This document shows, piece after piece, positions 23,230-36,000 of a stretch of DNA of 64,000 nt (within the stretch, counting starts at the first letter, position 1; the number at the start of each line of letters is the position of its first letter). The translations under genes were made by a program, and so were the position numbers. The notes under the pieces are model-generated. The model saw only the letters and a list, made by a program, of their open reading frames with translations. It had not been told where the DNA came from and made no database searches. The stretch is from Selaginella moellendorffii (taxonomy: Eukaryota; Plantae; Lycopodiophyta): assembly GCF_000143415.4 (NCBI RefSeq), contig NW_003314267.1:420908-484907 (forward strand), written 5' to 3'.

Positions 23230-24005
23230 AGAGCATCGATCTAGTGATGTTTTTGTCAGAAACACGTTGGTGGATATGTACACTAAGTGTGGGATGGCCG
23301 ATGTTCGCAGAGCTTTTGAGAAGATCATGGCTCCAAACACGGTCTCCTGGAACGCTCTAGCGCAACAAACCTCGAAGAAGTGGCCTTTGAGGTTTTCTCT
23401 CGATTTCTCTCGACTCGGCTCCAACCGGATCATTGTGGCAGTTCTCAAGGCTGGCAGTAGAAAGAAGTGGCTGCTCCACTGGATGACAGGCTCGTCAAAG
23501 CTTTTTCTTTGGAGAAAGGCATGGCTGTTCATGCCTCGGCGGCGAGAAGAGGACTTGACACCAGCCTGTTCGTGGTCAGCATGCGTACTCCAAGTGTGGG
23601 AGCCCAGAGGATCTACGACAAACTGGAGTCATGCAACGTCGTTCTTTGGCGGTCTTAGCTCTGTAAACAGCTTCCGTTCCAGATCTTCTTCGCGCGTATC
23701 CCAGCATGAATGCTGTCCAGAGCGAGAAACTGCCGACCAAATGCTCGGAGCTTTCTTGCTGCATCGAAAGCTTGCACTGGCCTCGCAGCGAAAGAAGAAA
23801 TCCAGCACCAATCAAGTTCAGATAAAATCTGTGGAGAAGGGGATGGCTGTGCACTCGGAAGCTATCAGGTATGGCTGCTGCCCTCACGAACAACTTGGTG
23901 GACATGTACTCAGGCCGGGCCTTCGACGGAATGGAGCAGTGTAACACGATTCTATGGACGGCACTCCTGGCGGGATACGTTGAAAATAGTGAAGGTGCGA
24001 GCTCT
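23230..24005 (+). pseudogene. Frameshifted PPR pseudogene
   Basis: PPR fragments in different frames: SDVFVRNTLVDMYTKCG, NTVSWNAL, SLEKGMAVHASAARRGLD, CRPNARSFLAASKAC, SVEKGMAVHSEA. Confidence 0.8.
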
Positions 24006-24689
24006 TTGATCCATTCCTAGTTTGACACCCATAGAAGTTTCTACTATCATTTCATATGGTCTTTCTCTTTTGGAGAGTAGTGTCAATAATTGGGGTTGTA
24101 CCAACCTTAAGCATAGTTTAGCTCCCTTCTATATATAAACTAGAGTTTTTGGCATTTCCATATTTTATACACTCACAAACCTAAAAGAGAGTATATCATA
24201 ATTTATACCAAGAACACTATAAAGAAAATTTTGGTGATTGGCAAAGCTCAAGAACATGCCCTGCAATTACTATACCACTCCCCATATGATGATTGAGAGA
24301 AGATTTCTTCTTTCTAGAAGAAAAAAAAAGGAATAATGTAAAGCTATAAAAGCAGTTGAAAATCACTTAATACCTTATGGTCCACTAGCCAAGCCCCAAG
24401 CACAATGCATCTCTTCACTTGTATTCTTAACTCCATCACTAGTTTTAGAAGTGAGAGACTGAAAATTTAAATTTCAAACATCTAGTTGGAACTATAGAGT
24501 TACCTCTAGCTTGATCACTAAGTACATTCTTCTCTTCATGCTCGACCTTTTGATTTTCAATAGTAGCAAAAGAAATCCTTATAGAATGAACACTTGTTGC
24601 ATAAAAAGTTAGTCCATCATAAATAAGTTAAATAGAACTTCTAAACCAAGATTTAAGGATCTGGCCATTTAATCCATTGTTTATATTGG

Positions 24690-25215
24690 TGTAAACTTAT
24701 GAATTTAAACTTTTTGGAATGTTGTTTAACCTAATAGTACTTAACCTTAAGAGACTTTTAACCAATTGGAAAAAGGTGCATTTTATTTATAGGCCTTCTC
24801 CCTTTATATTTGAACTTTAAATTGTTCTTTTTAGTTACTTACAATTTATGCTTCTTTGCAAATTTACACCCTCGTGAACAAAAGCTGAAAGCTATAGCTC
24901 TCTCGAGAGCCCCACTCTCTTGACCCCCTACCCCTTAAGTTAAACCCAGCTAAAGCAAATTAAACCTACTAAATGTCAATCTTAACATATAGCATAATTC
25001 TCTTATCCAATCAATAGAGTCAGACTCAATACCAAATGTAAGCTCCTAAACTTAAACTTCCCAGGAGGTCATTTATATTTAAACCCAAGGATATTTAACC
25101 TTAAGTATCCCAATACCTTTAACCGATTGGAATTTTTTTTTTATTCATAGGTCTTTCCCTCTATATTTAAACCCCATACATCGTCTCTAAAGTTATTCCC
25201 TTTAGTTGCTTAGAA
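24690..25215 (+). repeat. Two further diverged copies of the dispersed repeat seen at about 4700-4850
   Basis: TTAACCTTAAG..TTTAACC.ATTGGAA..TTATT.ATAGG.CTT..CCT.TATATTT.AAC occurs at about 24741-24815 and about 25096-25172. Confidence 0.55.
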
Positions 25216-26189
25216 TTGAAATCTCATTAGGCATCTTAAATTCTTTAGCAACCTTAATATGCTTCAAGCTGAAATCCATCACAGCCCTACTATAGCATTT
25301 GCTATACCTCTATGCTGAAAAACATGTAGCCATCTGTAATAGTGCCTAATGGCTTGCTATCCACTAGCAATCACGTTGCTATAGCCATTGCCACCAAGCA
25401 AGATCTATTTACTACTAGGGCTAGAGAATGTTATGATCTGGTGTGAAAAAATAAAGATTTAATCACTCTAGACTATACTACTTCTCCTCTAAAGGAACCT
25501 TAGAGAGTTGTTATATCCAAGCAGCAAGGGACAAGTTAAGATGCCCTACCTATAAACAAGTGTTGGCTTTGTGAAATCAATTATTAGATTTTAACAATGC
25601 TACCTTTTCTAAATTATATTTAATGAACTCTTTTAATAAAAGTGGCTATAGTTCTGGCAAAGTTGTTATTTTTTTGTATCAATGACATTTAAAACTATAT
25701 AAACTAACACAAATATATACCATATATAGAATTAAACTATAAAAGTTTTTTAAAAAACTATCTCATATACTATATAGATAACAAATACTATATCATATTG
25801 AAAATAATAACAAAATATATTCCAGCTGATAAACTATAATAAAAAGCAATGAACTACTAAAAATATATTAATATAAAGTTTGTATATATAGTATTTTCTT
25901 GGGGTATCTTAAGTATAATACTTTAGAGAATCATTGTTCTATGAAACACAAATCCTTGAGCCTTAAAGTGGAGCCGAAAAGGTGTTACATAGTATTGGTC
26001 AAAGTGGAAGTCCAATAAGCGTAATATATTTGGACCAAAGGCTCCAACTTGGAAAGTCGAGAGTGGGAGTGGAATTTTAAATAAAGTGCTCGAGGGATAA
26101 GCATGAAGCAATTGATGAATGAATCTCTAAAAAGAGACACAAAAAGAATTGACACATGGCAAATGTCATGACACATGGAAGTGTCAAGA

Positions 26190-26527
26190 ACGAGTTCCGA
26201 AAAGAGTCCGAGATGGAGTCCAAGAAAGAGTTTAAGATGGAGTCCAAGATAGAGCTCGAGAAAGAGTTTGAGATGGAATCTGAGATAGAGTCTGAGATGG
26301 AATCCAAGATGGACTCGAGATGGAGTCCAAGATGGAGTCCAAGATGGACTCAAGATGGAGTTTGAGATGGACTCAAGATAGAGTTCGAGTCTGAGATGGA
26401 CCCAAGATGGAGTTTGAGGTCGAGACTGAGACCAGGACCAAGATTGAGACCGAGACCAAAACCAAAACCAAGTTCAAGTTCAAATTCGAGTTTGAGTCCA
26501 AGTCTGAGTTTGAGACTGAGTCTGAGG
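26190..26527 (+). repeat. Degenerate 12-mer/6-mer minisatellite (GAGTCCRAGATG, then GAGWCY)
   Basis: More than 15 recognisable 11-12 bp units followed by hexamer units. The ESEM/ESKM ORFs here are artefacts of the repeat. Confidence 0.85.
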
Positions 26528-27114
26528 ATGAAAGTCTAAAGTAATTGTCTCCCAGACTCTAGAGGGTTTGTTAAGCTCCAAAAGTATAGTAGGGGGAGGA
26601 CTCAAGTGGAGTCAATTTAGCCAGGAAAGGCCAATGTGACCAAAGAAGGTTATATTTATGTGTTAAGTGTGGTTAAATGACTAAAGTATAATGAAAAATT
26701 TAATTATTTACATGTTCAATCAAACTTTATCAATACTTTATTGAAGAGATTGTAATGTGTTTGAAAAGATATTATGAATTGTAGTTGATAAAAGTATTGC
26801 ATGTTTATATAGTGGCAGAAATTTGACTGTTCTAAGAGGATTTTCCAATTGTACATATACAAGGTTCACTAGTCATAAAGTTAACTAGCTGATTGTGAAG
26901 TTAGTTGTGAGTAGTGAATATTTAGCCATGCCAAAACCCGCTTAAACTTGAATAAGGAACATCTTTCCAACAATCCTACAATATGTACCACCTGAAGACA
27001 ACATTTCTAGTTAATGATAGAAGAATGGGATGAATTACTTTTCATTTTCATCCACAGCAAGGTACAACTCTTGTTGTCACATTCTAGCTTGCCTCTACAA
27101 TTTTAGCTTCTTAT

Positions 27115-27497
27115 TGTTAGGAATCCCCCAATTCTTGCCACATTCCTGACTCTCACTAGATTCCTGATCTGCAGACCACATTCCTGACTCTCGAGACACT
27201 TCCCTATTCCTGACTCTCGAAACACTTCCTTATTCTTGACTCTCTGATTTCCTGTACGATTCCTAAGTCTTGAACAATATTCCTGATGATGATGTGGCTC
27301 CTCCTCGACCTCAGCTTTAGGCTATCCTCGATCCAAGAGTGGTGGAGCTTTATCAACCTATAGTATATGTAGGTTAGCCTTGTTTCATTTCTCCATAATT
27401 TGAATCAACGCCAATCTAAGGCTTTTTCTTTGTTTCCACTAGCTTTTCTCTTTGTCTTTTGCATTTTCCAATCTTGATCTTGTTGGGGGTCTTGACA
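27115..27497 (+). repeat. 5' LTR
   Basis: TGTTAGGAATCCCC...GGGGGTCTTGACA; carries one more internal TTCCTGACTCTCGARACACTTCC unit than the 3' LTR. Confidence 0.93.
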
Positions 27498-27708
27498 GTT
27501 TGATTCAGATTGTGTTTTTTTGTTTTTTGCTTTAACTCGTTTTGATTGTTTGACTGCCTTTGCCTTTTTTCCTGCTTTTTCTTTCTTCTTGCCGATGGAG
27601 TCTCCAAGCCATCCTGATTTATTTGCCGAAGTCCTTGCAAAAATCTAGTCTGAGAATACTGAGCTGAGGGCGACCCTTTTTCGCATGCAGTAGGAGCTTG
27701 CTTCATTT

Positions 27709-28490
27709 TTGGCTCAAGGATCCAACAAAGTTCCTGAACCGAAGGTGAGTTTCCCAGGGAAATTTTCAGGTAAGCATTTGAAGCTTCGCGGATTCCTGAA
27801 CCAGATGGAGCTGATCTTCGCACTTCAACATCGGCAGTACCCCACTCCCAAGTCTCAAATCGGCGCGATTGGGATGTTTCTCGAAGGTGCAGCTTTGTCA
27901 TGGTTTTCTCCTCTTCTGGAAAAGAGCATGAAAGGGGTCGTGGTTCCAGAGCTGATGGATCTTCAATTGTTTAAAGAGAAGCTTGAAGCATGTTTTGGCG
28001 AGACGGATCGGGTTCGGGCTGCTACCACAAAGATGAGATGTCTCTCTCAGGGGTCTTGTCCTGCCTTGATCTATGCTGCAGAGTTCCAAATCCTTGTCTT
28101 GGACACTCAGTGGGATGAGCAGGCTTTGATTGACCAATTTCATTTCGGCCTCAACAACGGTGTCAAGGATTTGTTGCTCACCATGGAGGATCCCAAAAAC
28201 CTGTCAAATGCCATCAACAAAGTTGTTCGATATGATAATCGTCTCTTTGAATGTCGTCAGAAAAGTCACCGTGCCTGTGTTTTTCCGTCCCAGACTTAGG
28301 AATCCTAGCTTGAGTCTTTGGGGCATACTCCTGAACCTACTGCTCCGGTCCCGATGGATATTTTTGGTACTCCATGACTCATTAGAGGGAAGTTGAGTCT
28401 TGCTGAGAAGCAACATCAAATATCTCATAATCTTTGCCTTTACTGTGTTGATCCTAATCACAAAGCAGTTGTGTGTCCCAAAAAGCCTCC
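27709..28490 (+). pseudogene. gag: Retrotransposon gag (disrupted)
   Basis: PKVSFPGKFSG..RGFLNQMELIF..LEGAALSWFSPLLE..YAAEFQ..QFHFGL, PMDI, and a zinc knuckle LCLYC....H....CP at about 28432-28480. Confidence 0.85.
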
Positions 28491-28575
28491 CTGACTAATT
28501 GAGTTCACTCTACCTCAAAGTCCACCTCTGTTACAGTCAAGAAATGACCTTGTCCAAATAGAGTAGGAGCTGTCT

Positions 28576-28877
28576 NNNNNNNNNNNNNNNNNNNNNNNNN
28601 NNNNNNNNNNNNNNNNNNNNNNNNNNNNNNNNNNNNNNNNNNNNNNNNNNNNNNNNNNNNNNNNNNNNNNNNNNNNNNNNNNNNNNNNNNNNNNNNNNNN
28701 NNNNNNNNNNNNNNNNNNNNNNNNNNNNNNNNNNNNNNNNNNNNNNNNNNNNNNNNNNNNNNNNNNNNNNNNNNNNNNNNNNNNNNNNNNNNNNNNNNNN
28801 NNNNNNNNNNNNNNNNNNNNNNNNNNNNNNNNNNNNNNNNNNNNNNNNNNNNNNNNNNNNNNNNNNNNNNNNNNNNN
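28576..28877. other. Assembly gap (N run) in the protease region
   Basis: Run of N characters. Confidence 1.
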
Positions 28878-29279
28878 GTAACATCAGATCCACCGTCACC
28901 GATATTGCCTTCAACATCATCAACAGCAAATCCTCCTCTATGGTGCTCGGTCTTCCTTGTGTTCCAACTACATCAACCTCAGATCTGTTGGAAGGAATTA
29001 TAGCTCATCTCTCCCACATCACCATCTCCTACGGCTTCCCCTGCTATTCATCGAGTCTGAATCAGGAAAAATTCCCTAAACTCAAATTGGGGTTTTGTTC
29101 CTGACTCTACGAAGTTTTCACCCTCTTCTTTTTCCTCTCTTCCATCCTACACTGGACAGTATCCTCATCTCATCATTCCATTTAGTCATACGCCTCCTCC
29201 TATCTCCACAATCACTATGAAAGAACTCCTTCATGAAGAACCTATTTCCTTTTTGCTTTGCATGTTTCTCTTGTTAGTC

Positions 29280-32210
29280 TTCCTGAGAAGTATCATGATT
29301 TTGGGGATGTGTTTGACAAGAAAAAAGCTAGTGTACTACCTATTCATCGGCCTTATGACTGTCCCATTGATTTATAGGAAGGAGCGTCACCTCCGTGGGG
29401 GCCTATCTACAGGTTATCCCTGCCTGAGCTTAAGGCCCTCAAAGAGTACCTGGATGAGAACCTTGCCTCGGGGTACATTCAGCATTTGCAGTCCCCGGCT
29501 AGAGTGTTTGTCTTCTTTGTCAAGAAGAAGGATGGGAGTTTGCGGCTAGTCATCGACTACCAAGGTTTGAACAAGGTGACTGTTCGGAACCGTTATCCGC
29601 TGCCCCTGATTTTGGATCTGTTGGAACGCCTCGGCGGTGCCCGCTTCTTCACCAAGATCAACCTCCATGGAGCATACAACCTGATCTGGATCCGGCCTGG
29701 TGATGAATGGAAGACTGCGTTCTGAACCTGCTATGGCCACTTCGAGTACACTGTCATGCCATTTGGCTTGACAAATGCTCCAGCAGTTTTCCAACACATG
29801 GCGAATGACGTCTTTCGAGAGTTTCTTGATCAGATGGTGATCGTCTACCTTGATGACATCCTCATCTACTCAAAAACTCAGGAGGAGCATGACAAACATG
29901 TACGCAAGGTGCTGGCGAAGCTGCAAGAACACGGCCTATATGCGAAGCTTGAGAAATGTTCCTTCGATCAGCAGTCTATGGAATTCCTTGGGTACATTGT
30001 CACTCTTAAGGGTATCACTATGGATTCTGCCAAAGTCAAGACTATTCTCGAATGGGAGCCTGCACAATCAATGTCGGATGTTCAGGTTTTCCTTGGCTTT
30101 GCCAACTTCTACCGCAAATTCATTGATCACTACTCTGACATTGTCCTTCCTCTCACGCATCTCACTCGCAAGGATGTTCCCTTCTCTTGGTCTGCTGCTG
30201 CCCAATAGGCATTCAACACACTGAAGGCGGCTTTTAGTTTTGCTCCCGTCTTGATTCACGCTGATCCCTCACAATCTGTCTTCATCGAGGCTGACGCCTC
30301 CGACTTTGCCATCGATGCTATGCTGTCTCAACTCGAAGCGGATCAAGAACTTCATCCGGTCACTTTCCATTCTCAGAAATTCCAGCTTGTGGAGATCAAT
30401 TACGAAATCCATGACAAGGAGCTCCTTGCCATCGTGGATTCCTTTGGAGAGTGGCATCGTTTCTTGGAGGGGGGGGCCATCAAACAACAGTTTGGACGGA
30501 TCACAAAAATCTCGAGTACTTTGCCACTTCCCAAGTTTTGAGCCGTCGTCAAGCAAGGTGGGCACAATTTCCTGAGTCGGTTTGACTTTGTTATCAAGTA
30601 CAGACTTGGAAAGCTTCAAGGCCTTCCTAATGCTCTTTCAAGGCGCTCATATCTCAGTCTCAGGCCTGGTAATCCTGCCTTCGATCAACAAGATCAAGTT
30701 ATCCTCGGTCCTGATCGGCTTCAAGTTATGGCAATTTCCTTGGCCCCTCAGGACTCCTCCTCGATGGATGCGATCAGAAATGATCTTCAATCTGATGATC
30801 TCACCAGCGACATTTTCCCCCATCTTCAGGCTGGACACCAGTGACTCCCAACTGCCGATGATTTGACGAGTTTGAGTTCTTAGATGCCTTATTGTACCGT
30901 GGGGAGCAGCTTTATGTTCCTGAAGGTGATGCTCAAAGGTTGGTCCTGATGGCGTGCCATGATAGCTCGACTGCTGGTCACTTCAGCATTGCAAAAACCT
31001 ATGAGCTAGTTGCATGGGACTTTTGGTGGCCTCATATGGATGACTACATCAAAGCTTTTGTTACCTCTTGTGACACTTGCACCCGGAATAAAATACCTCG
31101 CCACCTTCTTTCATATTTGCTTCGTTCCCTTTTGGTCCCTTCAGGTCCTTAGGAATCCATCTTCATGGATTTCTTGAGTGATCTTCCGAGTTTTAGAGGC
31201 TTCAACAACATTTTAGTCGTGGTGGATCGCTTCACAAAGATGGCTCACTTCCTGCCATGTACCAAGGATTTTTCAGGTGAGGACATGGCAAAACTGGTAT
31301 TCAAGGAAATTTTCCGACTTCATGGGATTTCTGCAGATGTGGTTTCAGATCAGGGACCTCAATTCATCTCTCATTTCTGGCAATTTTTTGCAGCTGCTTG
31401 GAGTAAAGGCCAACCTCTCTTTGGTGTATCATCCTCAAACTAATGGATAGTCCGAGCGAACAATTCAGACATTGGAACAATTCTTGAGGTGCTTCATCAA
31501 TTATCATCGGGATAATTAGTTTGATATCCTTCCCCTTGCTAAGTTCTCTTATAACAACTCTGTTCACTCCTTTCTTCGAATTTCCCCCTTCTTTGTGAAC
31601 TCTAGCTGAAATCCCTGATTCAATCTCTCACTTTCTTCTCCATCCGAATCCTCTCGTTCAAATCCCCGCTCTGAGGCATTTGTCTCCAACCTCCAGGAAA
31701 TCCACAACTCCATCTCCTTCCACCTCTATCGTGCTCAGGAATCTCACAAAACATTTGCCAATGTTCATCGTCAGGATTGTCCCCCTTACAATATCGGAGA
31801 TAAAGTCTGGCTCCTCAGGCAAAATATCTCCACCACCAGGCCCTATCCAAAACTTGATTTCAAACGCCTCGGTCCTTTCCCTATCACTGCCATCATTAAT
31901 CCTGTCACTTATTGCCTTACACTTCTCTCCTCATATCAATTTCACCCCATTTTTCACTCCTCTCTCCTTGAGCCTTATATTCCCAGTCCTATTCCAAATC
32001 GGGTTATTCTTCCGCCTCCACTAGTGCAGCTCGAGGATGGGTCTGAGTACGAGGTTTAGGACATCCTTGATTCCAAGATTTTACGGTTTAAACTCTACTA
32101 TCTGGTCAACTAGAAGGGTTATGGACCTGAGGAACACACTTGGGAACCTGCGGACAACTTAATTCATTCTCTTGACTTTGTTCAGGACTTCCACCGCCGC
32201 TATCCTTCTT
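29280..32210 (+). pseudogene. pol: Retrotransposon pol (RT, RNase H, integrase, chromodomain), disrupted
   Basis: [37 protein letters not shown] and YLDD; chromodomain EYEV*DILDSK..YYLVN*KGYGPEEHTWEP at about 32045-32200. Confidence 0.93.
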
Positions 32211-32319
32211 GTCCTAGTCCTCATTCTTTTTCTCCATCTCCCATCCCTTGCCGCTCATCTCATCCTCCTCTTCATTCTTGTTCACGTCCTTGTTCCACTC
32301 GTTTTTGAGGAGGGGGTGC

Positions 32320-32680
32320 TGTCAGGAATCCCCCAATTTTTGCCACATTCCTGACTCTCGCCGGATTCCTGACCTGCAGACCACATTCCTGACTCTCGAG
32401 ACACTTCCCTATTCCTGACTCTCTGATTTCCTATACAATTCCTGAGTCTTAAGCTACATTCCTGATGATGATGTGGCGCCTCCTCGACCTCAGCTATATT
32501 TAGGCTGTCCTTGATCCAAGAGTGGTGGAGCTTCATCAACCTATAGTATATATAAGTTAGCCTTGTTTCATTTCTCCACAATCTGAATCAATGCTAGTCT
32601 AAGGTTTTTTCTTTGTTTCCACTAACGTTTCTCTTTGTCTTTTGCATTTTCCAGTCTTGATCTTGTTGGGGGTCTTGGCA
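32320..32680 (+). repeat. 3' LTR
   Basis: TGTCAGGAATCCCC...GGGGGTCTTGGCA, with TATATATAA at 32547-32555. Confidence 0.93.
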
Positions 32681-32685
32681 CTTAT

Positions 32686-33143
32686 ATTTTGGAACTTAAC
32701 AGAATTGAGTCATTAAAGGTAAAGTTTATAACCACTTGTATGATAGTGGCTTTTGAAGGAAATTGCTGCAGTGCACAAAAAGTACCATTGCACAAAAACT
32801 AAGCTTATTAGACAAACCAAGAACAAACCAAATACTTATAATGGTAGAGAGTTGTTACTAGTGAATATGTGCCATCCTAGATATAGGTACTATTCTTGTT
32901 GTCACATTCTAGCTTGCCTTTGCAATTTTAGCTTCTTATATTTTGGAACTTAACAGAATTGAGTCAGTATAGGTAAAGTTTATAACCACTTATATGATAG
33001 TGGCTTTTGAAGGAAATTGCTGCAATGTCACAAGCGGTAGCTATGGGCCCTCCACATTGCACAAAAGGTAAGCTTATTAGACAAACCAAATACTTATAAT
33101 GGTAGAGAGTTGTTACTAGTGAATATGTGCCATCCTAGATATA
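32686..33143 (+). repeat. Tandem duplication of about 255 bp; the first unit is split by the LTR element (its left part is 27060-27114)
   Basis: Unit 2 (about 32886-33143) repeats TCTTGTTGTCACATTCTAGCTTGCC...GCTTCTTATATTTTGGAACTTAACAG...GCCATCCTAGATATA without interruption. Confidence 0.9.
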
Positions 33144-34363
33144 AATAAATGTGTGATAGGAGGTGGACAATTTGCTTATATGAAGCACCTTGTAAGTAAA
33201 CAAAATCCTAGACAAAACCAAGCCTTGCAACATAAATCAAAGTAAGAATGGGGGTGGTGTCTTTTATCCAAATAAAGTACTAAATTGAAATTGCATAAGA
33301 TGAGAAGAATGACAATAGAAAAAGAAAGGATTGTTACAAATATATAAGGCTTAGAAAGATGAATGCTCTATGCTTGCATCATGTCCAAAACCTTTTAGTT
33401 GTGTTTTTTGAATGTGAATGCATTGGATGAGATTTGGTAAGGCTTATTATTACATTACCCCCATTGGACAAAGCAAATGCAGATGCTTTACTCAAACTAA
33501 TAATTATTTGAATATAATCACAAAAAAAAAAAATTTAAGAAATGATAAAGGGAAATAGCCTATGAATAAGAGTGTATCCATTTTTCTAGTATGTTAAAAG
33601 TTTTGGAATACTTTGGATTAAATGTTCTTGAGTTTAAGTAGTACTAGGTTGAATGACTCTTTGAGTTTGAATATATTAGGTTGAATGATAAATTCAAGAG
33701 CTTATACTGAGGCGATATATAGGAAATTCCAAACATACCATTATACAATAAACACTAGTTTATATTTAAATATAAACACACATAGAGATATATATAGATA
33801 TATATATGCTCCTCCAAAAAATGCATAAAATGCAACATTAAAAATTGGCATCCATTGTTAGAATGGATTTAATGTCTGGATTCTTTACAGATGGACTACC
33901 GTGGACCAGTGTTCCATTTACATATTGGAACAAAGTTACCTGAACCAGTAGCATTTATGAACACGAGTGGACTGAGTTGACCAGCGTGGACTGGTATGAC
34001 TGTAAATTCTCTAGCCCTGGCATGGCATGGGCCTCCACTCGGCTAGCTTTGTACGTCCTCCACCCAGCGCGTGCCATGTGTCCGCGCTCGGCTAGCGCCA
34101 GTTGTAATACAGGTGGAAATGTGTAATGACCTTTCAAGGCTTTCACTTGAGCGTGACTACTTACACAAGAGCCCTCCATCAAAGGATATATAAACGAAAG
34201 AGGGCCTGTGCGAGATGCCGTCATTGAGCTTCCTCCTTTCCTATTTATCTAGTTAGCGATCGAAAATAGATCCATCGATATTTGAGATAGCTAGTTGGAT
34301 CGATCGCTCGATCGATCGGGATAGAGATAGAAAGACCGGCATTGCGAGCTGCGAATCAAGATT

Positions 34364-35479
34364 ATGGCGCCGGCAATGCTCATCCTCTACGCTCTTCTCC
34401 TCTCTCAAGCAGCGGCAAGATCGCTCCTCTCCTCATCCCCCTCTTCTCTATCCAATGCAGCTCCATCGGATCTTCCAGCGGCGCGATACAAGCCCTTCCG
34501 CCCCTACTGGAAGGACAAGGAAGCGATAATCTCCAAGATCCAAGGCGGCGGCGGCGGCGGCGACGCTATATTTGGGGCATCCAAGGCATTCGAGGGCTCC
34601 TCCGAGTACGTCAAGATGCGCTACCATATGGGGCCAGTGCTCTCCCAGCAAATGCACATCTACATCGTCTGGTATGGCCGCTGGAAATCCTCGGACAAAT
34701 CCATCATCCGCGACTTCCTCGCCTCGGTCTCATCCCCGCAATCCGCCGCGGTGCCGCAGCCATCCGTCCAGCGCTGGTGGAGCACCGTCCGCCTCTACAC
34801 GGATCAAACGCTCCAGAACATCACCAGCCAGCTGGTGGTGGCCGGCGAGCACAACGTCGACTACTCCCACGGCCACAGCCTCACGCGGCTCACCATGCAG
34901 GAGGTCCTCAAGGGCGCGCTGGCCGAGAACAACGGTACGCTGCCCGTCAACCCGCGCCGCGGAATATACCTCATCCTTACCGCCGGCGACGTCGTGGTCC
35001 AGGACTTCTGCCGCGCGGTATGCGGCTTCCACTACTTCTCCTTCCCGTCCATCGTCGGCTACACGCTTCCGTACGCGTGGGTGGGCCACTCCGAGAAGCA
35101 GTGCCCCGAGGTGTGCGCCTACCCGTTCGCGGTGCCGTCCTACATGACGCACACCACGCCCATGAGGCCGCCCAACGCCAGCCCCGCGGTGGACGGCATG
35201 GTGAGCGTGGTCGCGCACGAGCTGGCGGAGATCTCATCCAACCCGTTGATCAACGCGTGGTACGCCGGGGAGGATCCGACGGCGCCCACCGAGATCGCGG
35301 ACCTGTGCGAGGGCATGTACGGAACCGGTGCCGGCGGCGGCTACGCGGGTGCCGTGCTGACCGACGCGAGGAGCGGCGTGAATTATAACATGCATGGGGT
35401 GAATGGGCGGAGGTTCCTGGTGCAGTGGATCTGGGATCCGGTTCTCAGCGCTTGCCACGGCCCAAACGCCTCGGATTGA
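34364..35479 (+). CDS. EXL: EXORDIUM-like (Phi-1 family) protein
   Basis: Signal peptide; MRYHMGPVL, IYIVWYGRW, PSVQRWW, DVVVQDFC..CGFH, YAWVG, HELAE..SNP, EIADLC and FLVQWIW motifs. Confidence 0.95.
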   Translation: MAPAMLILYALLLSQAAARSLLSSSPSSLSNAAPSDLPAARYKPFRPYWKDKEAIISKIQGGGGGGDAIFGASKAFEGSSEYVKMRYHMGPVLSQQMHIYIVWYGRWKSSDKSIIRDFLASVSSPQSAAVPQPSVQRWWSTVRLYTDQTLQNITSQLVVAGEHNVDYSHGHSLTRLTMQEVLKGALAENNGTLPVNPRRGIYLILTAGDVVVQDFCRAVCGFHYFSFPSIVGYTLPYAWVGHSEKQCPEVCAYPFAVPSYMTHTTPMRPPNASPAVDGMVSVVAHELAEISSNPLINAWYAGEDPTAPTEIADLCEGMYGTGAGGGYAGAVLTDARSGVNYNMHGVNGRRFLVQWIWDPVLSACHGPNASD

Positions 35480-36000
35480 TGATGAATCCCGCGAGAAAGT
35501 TTTGGATCACTGTTGGATGGATTGGATCCATTCGCTACTACTACTACTACTACACTGGCTCGTGATAGCAAGGACTATGGATTTGGAGCAAGAGACGAGG
35601 CAGGGGGGCTCAAAACAAGAGCTTTTTGTTTTGATTCCATCCATCCGCGCTTGTATATATGTTACACCTTTCCTACTTTTTGTTTTTTTGAATTGAAAAA
35701 CCGCGGGATTTTTAAAATTTTTGTCAATAAGCTATCTTTCGTACCATTTTATATGAATTGTCTTCTTAATTCATGTCTTAATTCATGTTAGATGTGTATA
35801 AAAACAATCACCAACACTGATGGAATCATTTGGCCTGAGAAAAGAAAAATAAAGAAAAATAAAGAATAGACGATCTAGTTATAAGAAACACGAACCTGTA
35901 GACTTGGAGAGATCTTGGAGTGTCACGAGTCCACCAAAAGAAAATGGTTGGTGTCCTATATGTGAGTGGGGCACGATGGCTGAAATGGACGTCAACTTAC

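Larger units (their letters stand above)
27115..32680 (+). mobile_element. Full-length decayed Ty3/Gypsy chromovirus (Tcn1/Tf1-sushi-like)
   Basis: TG...CA LTRs; CTTAT target-site duplication at 27110-27114 and 32681-32685; polypurine tract GAGGAGGGGG at about 32307-32316; gag, RT (YLDDILIYS), RNase H ([18 protein letters not shown]), integrase (MDFL, VVVDRFTKMAHF, SDQGPQF) and chromodomain. Many stops and frameshifts. Confidence 0.96.

Noticed and set aside
26077-26365. Repetitive ORFs (ESEM/ESKM, DSIS)
   Set aside because: By-products of the minisatellite; no spacers, so not CRISPR-like.
34342-35388. Long alternative-frame or antisense ORFs over EXL, and likewise over CSLD and the PPR genes
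   Set aside because: Expected shadows of GC-rich codon usage.
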